The notes under the pieces were generated by a model that saw nothing but the letters and a program-made list of their open reading frames with translations, made no database searches and was not told where the DNA came from. DNA of 60,867 nucleotides, the filler included. It is 6 parts of 6 records of this genome, joined end to end, with 100 filler letters (N's around TTAATTAATTAA, not from the genome) between each part and the next. Parts side by side here need not be neighbours in the genome. Positions count along the whole stretch, not along the records: positions 1 to 14,716 come from SRR31156797_16522; 5 more parts are not named here. The stretch is one strand, 5' to 3'. This document shows, one piece after another, positions 1 to 8,063 of this stretch. Position numbers and translations under genes: made by a program. How positions within the stretch are numbered: the first letter of the stretch is position 1; each line of letters opens with the position of its first letter.

Positions 1-19
1 AATCCTCTCATCCCGACCA
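1..19 (+). tRNA. 3' end of tRNA-Pro (truncated by window start) or an att-site copy of it
   Basis: AATCCTCTCATCCCGACCA = end of T-loop, T-stem arm CCTCT, acceptor strand CATCCCG, discriminator A and CCA. This matches tRNA-Pro genes beginning CGGGATG. A terminator follows. Confidence 0.75.
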
Positions 20-27
20 GATAATTC

Positions 28-67
28 AAGCCCCTTACGAAGAAATACGTAAGGGGCTTTTATTTTT
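28..67 (+). terminator. Rho-independent terminator after the tRNA, possibly bidirectional
   Basis: AAGCCCCTTACG-loop-CGTAAGGGGCTT followed by a T-rich tract. Confidence 0.8.
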
Positions 68-126
68 GCTTGTTTTAGCCCTCGCAATTTCTTTCAGCTT
101 GGGCATGGCTGCACAAAATCTTTACA

Positions 127-504
127 CTATCCCTTTACCGCTTCCAGCTTCTGTCTATTCTCCTTGCTGAACCAACTGCCAGTCAGCCCTCTTCGGGCCA
201 GAACAACCGGCCCTACACCAAGCATCATAAGCTTTTCCCATATTGTATCCGCCAGTCCTCCTGGAGCTTCAAACATTATATCCAATGGATAAGACTGCCC
301 TGAAAGACCGTCGAGATGACCCTGTTCATGAATTTCAACCAAATCACATATAAATTTGGGCCACAACGGGTATTCGTACACCTCTGCACGAAAATAATGC
401 TTGGTACCATCAGAATATGTTTCCCAGACAGTTTTCCCAAACACAGGATCTTTTATAAATTCCTTCCAACTTCTCTTAACCCTTTGAACCTTAACTCCAC
501 TCAC
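127..504 (-). CDS. Hypothetical 125-aa protein with a zincin-like HExxH motif
   Basis: ORF with HEQGHLDGL...DIMFE. It occupies the gap between the tRNA terminator and the AI-2E gene. Confidence 0.55.
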   Translation of the reverse strand: MSGVKVQRVKRSWKEFIKDPVFGKTVWETYSDGTKHYFRAEVYEYPLWPKFICDLVEIHEQGHLDGLSGQSYPLDIMFEAPGGLADTIWEKLMMLGVGPVVLARRGLTGSWFSKENRQKLEAVKG

Positions 505-573
505 TTAGCAAACTCCCAGCTAATTTATAAGAGGCAACAATTATTTGTATATCACAACCACAATCTATCACTA

Positions 574-1689
574 TTAATCCTCCTCCACCTTAACTTCCCC
601 CTGCTCCATCACCCACTGGCGGTAAAGAGCTAGAGCCATACAAGTCAGCGGAAGAGCCATTACCAGCCCAAGGAAGCCGAGCAACTGCCCCCAGATGGAG
701 AGCGACAATAAGATCATCCATGGGGACAATCCCATGCTTTCACCCTGCAGACGTGGGACCAGTACGGCGTCCTGCAACACCTGCACAACAGCGAATACAG
801 CACCGACCCCACCAAGAGCGAGCCAGAAATTTCCGCCTGTCGCCAGAGCATCAATTGCCGCCAGCAGGAAGGCCGGGATCAGTCCGGCTATCTGGAGATA
901 TGGGACCATGTTCAGCAATCCGATAAGCATGCCCAGCAGGATTGCCAGCGGCAGCTTGATGATCAAAAATCCCAATGAAAACAAACAGCCGATGATCAGG
1001 GCTATGAGGGCCTGTGTGCGGAAATAACGATTGGTAACGTTGGTAAAGTCATCCACAAAGGATGCTACCCGTTCCCGGTATTTGCTGGGAATCTGCTCCC
1101 GCCATTTGCCGAGCTTATCGTAATCAGTAAGAAGAAAGACAAGATAGAGAATGATCACAAACAGTCCGGCAAGCGCGCCCAAAGTATGGGCCGATCCACT
1201 AACAATATTCCAGATTCCGGGCAAAGCTTTCTGAGCCGAAACCTTGAGCATATCTGTCAGCCCGGACTCTGTGAGAAATGAACGCACATCCTCCTGCTTA
1301 GCCAGATCGACTATAGTCTGCCAGAGATCTTGCGGGATATATTCTGCCGCCCTTTGCGCCACAGAAGAATCATTGACCATACTTGCCAGCAGTACCCCGG
1401 TTTGTTTCATTTCAACCCCGACTGCGCGGACCATTACCCAAAAAATCTTGGCCATAGGAATCAGCAATGCCAGCAGGGTAAGCAAAACTGCGGCAGTGCG
1501 ATTTTTAATAAACCTGCCCGCAAAATTTACCAACGGGTTAAGCAGGTATGCAAGAGTCAGTGCCACGGCAAAAGGAGCCAACACTGCGCTCAAAGTATCT
1601 AACAAGGTCACTGCCACCCAAATAAACCCCGCAGCAAACAGCAATCGTACTACGCGATCAAAAGTGTATGGGGTCTTATCGTTAATCAT
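574..1689 (-). CDS. AI-2E family transporter
   Basis: 371 aa with multiple TM segments and motifs LAYLLNPLV, GLLNMVPYL, LVPRLQGESMGLSP, WGQLLGFLGLVMALP. Confidence 0.9.
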   Translation of the reverse strand: MINDKTPYTFDRVVRLLFAAGFIWVAVTLLDTLSAVLAPFAVALTLAYLLNPLVNFAGRFIKNRTAAVLLTLLALLIPMAKIFWVMVRAVGVEMKQTGVLLASMVNDSSVAQRAAEYIPQDLWQTIVDLAKQEDVRSFLTESGLTDMLKVSAQKALPGIWNIVSGSAHTLGALAGLFVIILYLVFLLTDYDKLGKWREQIPSKYRERVASFVDDFTNVTNRYFRTQALIALIIGCLFSLGFLIIKLPLAILLGMLIGLLNMVPYLQIAGLIPAFLLAAIDALATGGNFWLALGGVGAVFAVVQVLQDAVLVPRLQGESMGLSPWMILLSLSIWGQLLGFLGLVMALPLTCMALALYRQWVMEQGEVKVEED

Positions 1690-1705
1690 ATTTATCTCCT
1701 AATTA

Positions 1706-2794
1706 CTATGACCGCCCATAGCGCAGGTCGTGCATTCGTTTTCCGGCCCTGCGAATTTCCCCGCCAAGAGCGCGAATGTTCCAGATGAATGCTGAAATAT
1801 TGTTGCGCCGCTCAAGGGGCACGTCCTCAAAGTCGCCCCGTATACGTGCATCTCCAACTGCACCCATGAAGTTATCGATAGCCTTATCAAAATCAGGCTC
1901 ATCCGGGCAATCATCTGGTGTCAGCGAATAGCATTCCAGCCATTCATAATACTCAGTTGTTGCCCCCAGAACCTCAGCCATGCCATCCGCAATGGACGGT
2001 AACGGTCCTCCGTAACCACGACGGATAATAGTCGACATAGTCATGAGCAGACTGTGCATGCGCGTGAAAGTGCGGATCAAGCGGGTCAATTCACTACGTT
2101 GCCACCCCTGTAAACCAGGTTCTGCCGCAGCCTCACGAAAAGACTCCGCACAGGTGTCGAGCATGTTGGAAGCTTCAATTCTGGTCTCAACAATCTTGGT
2201 CTCACTGATTCCACCATGAAGATATGATTCGGAAAGAATCTTGAAATGCGTGGACTGCAATTCCACCAGCGTCGCCATTTTCGCCCGCAGATTCTTGCGA
2301 GCCATATTAGGCCAGACCCCGAACGAAGCAGCGATACCTATCGCTATGCCCAGCACGGTATCCAAAATCCGCTCCAGACCGAACTGCCAGCCATCAGTGA
2401 AAAGCACGCCCAGCAAAAGAACCACTCCCACTGTCAAAGAGCAGGAAAATAGCGTGTAGCTGAAGACTCGCAAAAGGATCATCAGGAAAAATGAAAACAC
2501 AATCAATCCGGCAAGAACCGGAGTGGCAGGCTCAAGAAACAGAATACCCACCCCAACGGCGGCTCCGATAACTGTACCCCAGAGCCTTTTCCAGCCAATA
2601 CGCAAAGTACCACCCACTGAAGGGCGCATGATCACAATCACACTGATGGGCAACCAGACCGCATGCCTCAGTTCTAGAAAACGGGCAGCCACAATAGCAA
2701 AAGTAATTGCCACCGCAGCCTTGAGTGCATGGCGAAAGGGGACCGAATCCCAGCGCAATTCCTTTTTCAGGGTAGTAAGAGCATCAGCGAACAC
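1706..2794 (-). CDS. FUSC/aromatic acid exporter family membrane protein (like the C-terminal half of YccS)
   Basis: FRHALK...WLPISVIVIMRPSVGGT...RLWGTVIG...ERILDTVLG...VWP. The GTG start has a GGAGG RBS and overlaps the upstream stop. Confidence 0.85.
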   Translation of the reverse strand: MFADALTTLKKELRWDSVPFRHALKAAVAITFAIVAARFLELRHAVWLPISVIVIMRPSVGGTLRIGWKRLWGTVIGAAVGVGILFLEPATPVLAGLIVFSFFLMILLRVFSYTLFSCSLTVGVVLLLGVLFTDGWQFGLERILDTVLGIAIGIAASFGVWPNMARKNLRAKMATLVELQSTHFKILSESYLHGGISETKIVETRIEASNMLDTCAESFREAAAEPGLQGWQRSELTRLIRTFTRMHSLLMTMSTIIRRGYGGPLPSIADGMAEVLGATTEYYEWLECYSLTPDDCPDEPDFDKAIDNFMGAVGDARIRGDFEDVPLERRNNISAFIWNIRALGGEIRRAGKRMHDLRYGRS

Positions 2795-3890
2795 TGCATG
2801 CCCCTCCTTTGCAGCAGAGCTTGCTCATTTCAGCGAATTCCATACTCAGATTGCGCAACCCGTAGATTGCACCCCAAGCCTCGAGAAATTCATTACGCAA
2901 GCCGTCGTCACGTTTGTAAGCCCCCAGTCGAAGCAATTCTCTTTCAAGATCAGCGATCCCTTCGTCAATCCCATTCAGGTCGACTCCACCCTTACCTGTA
3001 GAGAGACTCGCCGCCAGCACATCGAAAGCCACGGAACTGCGTCCGGCAATATCACTGAATTTGAAACGCATATCCTTAAAAACCGGGCTATGCTCGGCAA
3101 ACTGACGGCTGTTAGCCAGTCCGACCACAGCCTCTATCATACGTACCAGCAATGCATACAAAGCCGAAGGGCCTTCATAACTCCCCAGTTCCTTAACCGG
3201 ATCCACGTTCATGGCTTCCATAAATCTACGATAACGACGCACGGATTCCACTGAACGTTCATGGATTTCAGCAATCTCTTTTAAATCGTCTTTGCTACCC
3301 GTGGAAGAAGCCACTGCGCGGAAGTAATCACCGATATCGGTTAAAGCCACTGCCCCGGCCCGGGTGAGCACCTTTTCAGGCTTCATGGGCCAAAGGTAAA
3401 AAATAAACAGATAAGAAACCGTGGCCCCGAACAAAACAGCCCCTGACCGTTCCAGCCCCACAAGCAAAGTATCCGGCGAGGTCAAAGCCAGCAGGTTAAC
3501 GATAAGTGTACCGATTGCAGCGGTTGCTGCCGCCACACCAAGCACAGGGACAAAAAAGACCACAAAGGCCAACAGAAACAGATAAATCTCGAGCAGTATT
3601 GAATGGTTCCCGACTACAGTCGAAACAGGAACAAGACACATTACCGCAAGAGCCAGCCAACGGGCAACAGCCTTACGCTTGGCAAGGGTACTACCTGCGC
3701 GGAAAACAACCACCACCATGGAGCCGTAAACCGACCATTGCAGAAACTTGGTGTTCATCCCCACCATATATGCCAACAGCAAAGCCACAAGACAGGCAAA
3801 GATGGACTTGGCCGCATACTTGGTCATGAACAGGCCCGGATCAACCGGCCTGATAAATATTCTGTAGAATTCTGATACTAATTTATGCAT
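2784..3890 (-). CDS. FUSC-like membrane protein (like the N-terminal half of YccS)
   Basis: Hydrophobic N-half ending in LWP, then a helical cytoplasmic domain. Start placed at ATG 3890 after GGAGG (ORF track gives 3929). Confidence 0.75.
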   Translation of the reverse strand: MHKLVSEFYRIFIRPVDPGLFMTKYAAKSIFACLVALLLAYMVGMNTKFLQWSVYGSMVVVVFRAGSTLAKRKAVARWLALAVMCLVPVSTVVGNHSILLEIYLFLLAFVVFFVPVLGVAAATAAIGTLIVNLLALTSPDTLLVGLERSGAVLFGATVSYLFIFYLWPMKPEKVLTRAGAVALTDIGDYFRAVASSTGSKDDLKEIAEIHERSVESVRRYRRFMEAMNVDPVKELGSYEGPSALYALLVRMIEAVVGLANSRQFAEHSPVFKDMRFKFSDIAGRSSVAFDVLAASLSTGKGGVDLNGIDEGIADLERELLRLGAYKRDDGLRNEFLEAWGAIYGLRNLSMEFAEMSKLCCKGGACSVR

Positions 3891-3965
3891 TTGCCTCCGA
3901 CGGCCCTCTCCTTTTATTATGTTTCGCATATAGCGCGGGGAGGCATCATAATAAAGTAATATTTT

Positions 3966-4490
3966 TTAGCACTTGACTGCGAGTTTGATTATTTCACGAC
4001 AAAAGGCCGGCAAATCGTCCGGCTTGCGGGATGATACCTGATTGCGATCCACGACAACTTCTTCGTCTACCCATGTAGCACCTGCGTTTTCAAGGTCGTC
4101 CTTGATGCCAGGTGTCGAGGTGCATTTGTAGCCCTGCATAATCTTCGCAGAAATAGGAACCCAGCCACCGTGGCAGATATGAGCCACAACCTTTCCGGAT
4201 TCATGGATTTCACTGGTCAATCCCAATACTTTCGAGTCGCGCCGCAATTTATCCGGAGCAAAACCACCTGCGATAACCAGCATGTCGAAGTCATCTGCAT
4301 TCATATCATCAATGGCGGCAGTGGAACGGAAAGGATAACCGTTCTTGCCCGTGTAGACCTCACCGTATTCCGGCCCTGCAACGACCACTTCCGCACCTTC
4401 TTCTATCAGGCGATAGTAAGGATAAAGAAGTTCCATATCTTCAAAGACATTATCGATAAACATCAAAACTCGCTGTCCCTTAAGTTTCAT
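3966..4490 (-). CDS. pfpI: PfpI/DJ-1 family (type 1 glutamine amidotransferase-like) protease/deglycase
   Basis: FEDMEL, IAGGFAPDKLR, HICHGG nucleophile elbow, VVVDRNQVSSRKPDDLPAF. Confidence 0.9.
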   Translation of the reverse strand: MKLKGQRVLMFIDNVFEDMELLYPYYRLIEEGAEVVVAGPEYGEVYTGKNGYPFRSTAAIDDMNADDFDMLVIAGGFAPDKLRRDSKVLGLTSEIHESGKVVAHICHGGWVPISAKIMQGYKCTSTPGIKDDLENAGATWVDEEVVVDRNQVSSRKPDDLPAFCREIIKLAVKC

Positions 4491-4553
4491 TGGATGCTCC
4501 TTATTATTAAAGTTTATTCAAATTACTGAACATCAAATACCACAAAATAGAAC

Positions 4554-4592
4554 AAAAAAAGACCGCAATATCTCGGAAGATATTGCGGTCTC
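4554..4592 (-). terminator. Rho-independent terminator of the ABC operon
   Basis: GACCGCAATATC-N6-GATATTGCGGTC with an A-run on the + strand (U-tract on -). Confidence 0.8.
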
Positions 4593-4615
4593 TGAATTCG
4601 CTATAACAGTTCTGA

Positions 4616-5380
4616 CTACAACAACTTATCCATAAATTCCTTAATCCTAGGATGCTGGGTCTCGGCGGAGAAGAATTCTGCGGGGGTGCCTTTGGCAATG
4701 AAATCCCCTGTCTCCATGAAAATTACGGTATCAGCAACTTCACGGGCAAAACCCATGTTGTGGGTAACAATAACCATGGTCATGCCATCGTCGGCAAGAG
4801 AACGGATGGTATCGAATACCTCGCCGACAAGTTCCGGGTCGAGCGCGGAAGTAGGCTCATCAAAAAGCATCATCTTCGGCTTCATGGCCAGCGCACGAGC
4901 AATTGCCACTCGCTGCTTCTGACCACCGGACAGGGTCACCGGAAAAACGGTAGAACGATCGGAAAGGCCGACCTTTTCCAGCATCTGAAGTGCAACCTCG
5001 CGGGCTTCATCCTTGGACTTGCCAAGCACAGTCACCTGTCCTTCCATGACATTCTGGAGAACAGTCATGTGCGGAAAAAGGTTGAACTGCTGGAAAACCA
5101 TACCGATCTCGGAACGCAGGGCACAGAGATTCTTCTGGGAATCCAACACCGGATTACCGTCTTTGTAAATGTAGCCGCAAGGCTTGCCTTCAAACTGAAT
5201 TTCACCGGAATCGATAGTTTCGAGAAAATTCATAGTCCGCAGCAAAGTGGATTTACCGGACCCACTGGGCCCGACGATAACCACTTTTTCACCACGGCTG
5301 ATCTTGAGGTCAATGTTATTGACCGCAGTAAGACTGCCGAACTTCTTGACTACTTTTTTTAGTTCTAAAATTGTTTTCAT
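4616..5380 (-). CDS. Polar amino acid ABC transporter ATP-binding protein
   Basis: Walker A GPSGSGKS, LSGGQKQR, FDEPTSALDPEL, GlnQ-like. Confidence 0.95.
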   Translation of the reverse strand: MKTILELKKVVKKFGSLTAVNNIDLKISRGEKVVIVGPSGSGKSTLLRTMNFLETIDSGEIQFEGKPCGYIYKDGNPVLDSQKNLCALRSEIGMVFQQFNLFPHMTVLQNVMEGQVTVLGKSKDEAREVALQMLEKVGLSDRSTVFPVTLSGGQKQRVAIARALAMKPKMMLFDEPTSALDPELVGEVFDTIRSLADDGMTMVIVTHNMGFAREVADTVIFMETGDFIAKGTPAEFFSAETQHPRIKEFMDKLL

Positions 5381-6415
5381 TTAGCGCCTCTCGTATACCC
5401 CGACCTTGTATTCGATCTTCTCGAAAATGAAGGTAAATACGGAGGTAAAAACAAGGTAGATAACCGCAGCCATTACCAGCACGGTCACGTTGAAATATGC
5501 GTTGAACATCTGGTCCGCAGCACGCATGAGTTCGACCATGGCAATGGTGGAGACCAGCGCGGTGTCCTTGATCAATGCTATGAATTCGTTGGCAATGGGC
5601 GGAATGATCCGCTTGTAGGTCTGTGGGATGATAACCCGACGCATGGTCTGGCCGTAAGTCATACCCAAAGCCTTGGCTGCCTCAGTCTGTCCATCGTCAA
5701 TGGACTCAATACCGGCCCTGATAATCTCAGCGAGATATGCAGAGTAGTTGATCCCCAAACCGATAAGTGCCGCAGCCAGCGGCGAAAGAGTAATACCAAT
5801 TGCAGGCAGACCGTAATAAATAAAGAAAAGCTGCAACAGAAGCGGTGTGCCGCGGAAAAACCAGATAATAAACCAACTAAAAGCCATAAACGGCTGCATG
5901 CGGCTGATCTTGCCAAGGGCGATAAAAAGGCCGCCGATGGGTGAAACGATCATAGTAAAGAAAACCAGCAGCAAGGTCATACTCGCGCCCTTGAGCAGAT
6001 TGGGCATGAATCGCTTACAATCCTCAAGGGTCTTCTGCCATTCAGGCTTGGTCTCGCGGTCAAGGGAGTTCAGAAAATTTTTCGCTTCCACGTTGTCCGG
6101 ATAAACGGCAACAACCTGTTCGGCGAATTCGCGGGCCTTGCCCGGATCTTTCATGGAATAGCTGATACGCGCCAACTGCATGCGGGAATAAACAAACTGC
6201 CCGTCATCTCCTTCAGCACCGGGAGCGGGAATCTGCTTGAACAAAGACTGAGCCTGATCAATCTGCCCTACGGTCAGGGCATCACGGGCCTGCTTGAGCA
6301 ATGCGTCAGCGTCGACAGCGGCTGATGATACAGCCGGAAAAATCAGAAGTGCAAACAGCAGAAAGAGCGAGGCAAATGCCCCGCTCTTTCCGAGTTTTTT
6401 ATTTGAATTAATCAT
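5381..6415 (-). CDS. Polar amino acid ABC permease with N-terminal signal peptide and TPR-like periplasmic domain
   Basis: C-half has FRGTPLLLQLF, AYLAEIIRAGIESIDDGQTEAA and KDTAL (HisM/GlnP type). N-terminal ~125 aa is a signal peptide plus TPR-like helices. Confidence 0.9.
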   Translation of the reverse strand: MINSNKKLGKSGAFASLFLLFALLIFPAVSSAAVDADALLKQARDALTVGQIDQAQSLFKQIPAPGAEGDDGQFVYSRMQLARISYSMKDPGKAREFAEQVVAVYPDNVEAKNFLNSLDRETKPEWQKTLEDCKRFMPNLLKGASMTLLLVFFTMIVSPIGGLFIALGKISRMQPFMAFSWFIIWFFRGTPLLLQLFFIYYGLPAIGITLSPLAAALIGLGINYSAYLAEIIRAGIESIDDGQTEAAKALGMTYGQTMRRVIIPQTYKRIIPPIANEFIALIKDTALVSTIAMVELMRAADQMFNAYFNVTVLVMAAVIYLVFTSVFTFIFEKIEYKVGVYERR

Positions 6416-6418
6416 TTC

Positions 6419-7210
6419 TTACCATTTAGCGGGGTTGGTGACATCTTCACCGAACCACTTGCGGGAGATTTTACCCATTGTTCCGTCTGCGATCATAGCG
6501 TCAATGGTTTTCTGTACTGCTGCGCGCAGGGAATCTTCACCCTGGCGAAAAGCAATACCGAAAGCTTCGCTGGTGATGTAACCGGGAAGCGCAACGTATT
6601 TACCGGGACGCTGAGCCATGGAGTAACGGCCTGCGATGTTATCAACAACTACACCGTTAAGGCGACCGGATTCGAGGTCAAGCAGAGCTTTAACGTTGGT
6701 GTCGTACTCGCGGATTTCTTTAGGTGCAGGCTTAAGTGATTTTGCAGCCTCAAGAGCGGGGGAACCTTTCTGTACGCCGACAACCTTGCCACCGAGGTCT
6801 TTATGAGCCTTGATGGACTTGTTGCCCATAGCGATAACAGCAATCTGGCCGTCCATGATGTAAGGCTTGGAAAAAGAAACTGCCTTTTCACGCTCGGGGG
6901 TGATTGTCATGCCGTTCCAGATGCAGTCAAATTTCTTTGCATTCAGAGAGTGGATAACGCCGGACCATGCAGTGGGCTGCCATTCAATCTTGACACCGAG
7001 ACGCTTGCCTACTTCTTCAGCGGCATCAACGTCAAAACCAACCAGAGTTCCATCGTCCTGACGGAATCCCATGGGAGCAAAAGTGTCATCAAGACCGATT
7101 ACAAGTTTACCTGCTTTCTGTACTTTCTCGAGAGAACCGTCACCAGCCATTGCGGTGGTTGCGAATGCCAGCATCATCGCAACCATGAGAATTACTAATA
7201 CCCTTTTCAT
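6419..7210 (-). CDS. Amino acid ABC transporter substrate-binding protein (family 3)
   Basis: Signal peptide, DDTFAPMGF, GFDVD, GMTITPEREK, SRKWFGED. Confidence 0.95.
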   Translation of the reverse strand: MKRVLVILMVAMMLAFATTAMAGDGSLEKVQKAGKLVIGLDDTFAPMGFRQDDGTLVGFDVDAAEEVGKRLGVKIEWQPTAWSGVIHSLNAKKFDCIWNGMTITPEREKAVSFSKPYIMDGQIAVIAMGNKSIKAHKDLGGKVVGVQKGSPALEAAKSLKPAPKEIREYDTNVKALLDLESGRLNGVVVDNIAGRYSMAQRPGKYVALPGYITSEAFGIAFRQGEDSLRAAVQKTIDAMIADGTMGKISRKWFGEDVTNPAKW

Positions 7211-7477
7211 GCGTCACTCCTAAAAGAAAATGTAAATTTCCGCTCCTGTAACATTCAAAAAGGCCGTTACGGAAAACACTTCCATTCTACCTTTTTAAAA
7301 TAAGAAGCGACGAACCGAATAGCTCATGAAGCGGGAACATGCAAGACTGTATCCCCTTAAAAACAGAACTTAGCTCCCCTTTTTTGTCAAAAATGTGAGG
7401 ATCATGTCTCAAAATGGAATTTTTAACATCCACATATCCCGGTTATTACAAATACAACCATTATTGCAATCTCAGAC

Positions 7478-7493
7478 AGCTAAGAAAGTGCCA
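7478..7493 (-). promoter_or_regulatory. Candidate sigma-54 promoter for the amino acid ABC operon
   Basis: Minus strand reads TGGCACTTTCTTAGCT (GG-N10-GC), with one mismatch to TGGCAC-N5-TTGC. Confidence 0.45.
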
Positions 7494-7620
7494 GAAACAA
7501 AACTCCAAACCTCAACTGATGCTTTAGCAACAGTATGACAAAGCGGTTGCTAATCATTTTCTCTATGTGTTAACTTGGAATTAGCTGATATTCCCACCTG
7601 TTCTAACAAGGAGACTGCAT

Positions 7621-8043
7621 ATGCCAAACCTTACTTCGTGGGGAAGCCGGGAACTTGAAAGATTGAAAACAGATATGGACAGGCTCTTCAACAGCCTCTG
7701 CCACGATTACGGCATCCCTTCAGTTTGCGGAATCATTGATTGCACACCACAAACCAGTATGCGGGAAGATGGTGAAGCACTTGAAGTTAGTACCACCATG
7801 CCCGGCTTTCAGGCCGAAGACCTTGAAGTAAAAGTGACCGAAACCTCCATGACTATTGCCGGGGAGAAAAAGGTAACCTTTGAGGGTGGACGCCAGACCA
7901 ATCATTTTAAGAAAACACTCCCCCTGCCCTGCCGGGTGGACCCTGACAATGTAAGCGCGACCTTCAAAGACGGAGTACTTAAAATAGTCCTCCACAAATG
8001 CGTAATCAAGCCTCAAAAGGTTATTTCTATAACAGCTGAATAG
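7621..8043 (+). CDS. Hsp20/alpha-crystallin small heat-shock protein
   Basis: MPGFQAEDLEVKV, LPLPCRVDPDNVSATFKDGVLKI; RBS AAGGAG. Confidence 0.92.
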   Translation: MPNLTSWGSRELERLKTDMDRLFNSLCHDYGIPSVCGIIDCTPQTSMREDGEALEVSTTMPGFQAEDLEVKVTETSMTIAGEKKVTFEGGRQTNHFKKTLPLPCRVDPDNVSATFKDGVLKIVLHKCVIKPQKVISITAE

Positions 8044-8063
8044 CCATCAGACCGGAGACCGCC

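Noticed and set aside
2784-2794. FUSC split as a frameshift pseudogene or selenocysteine readthrough
   Set aside because: The downstream gene has its own RBS and GTG start in a different frame, consistent with translational coupling.
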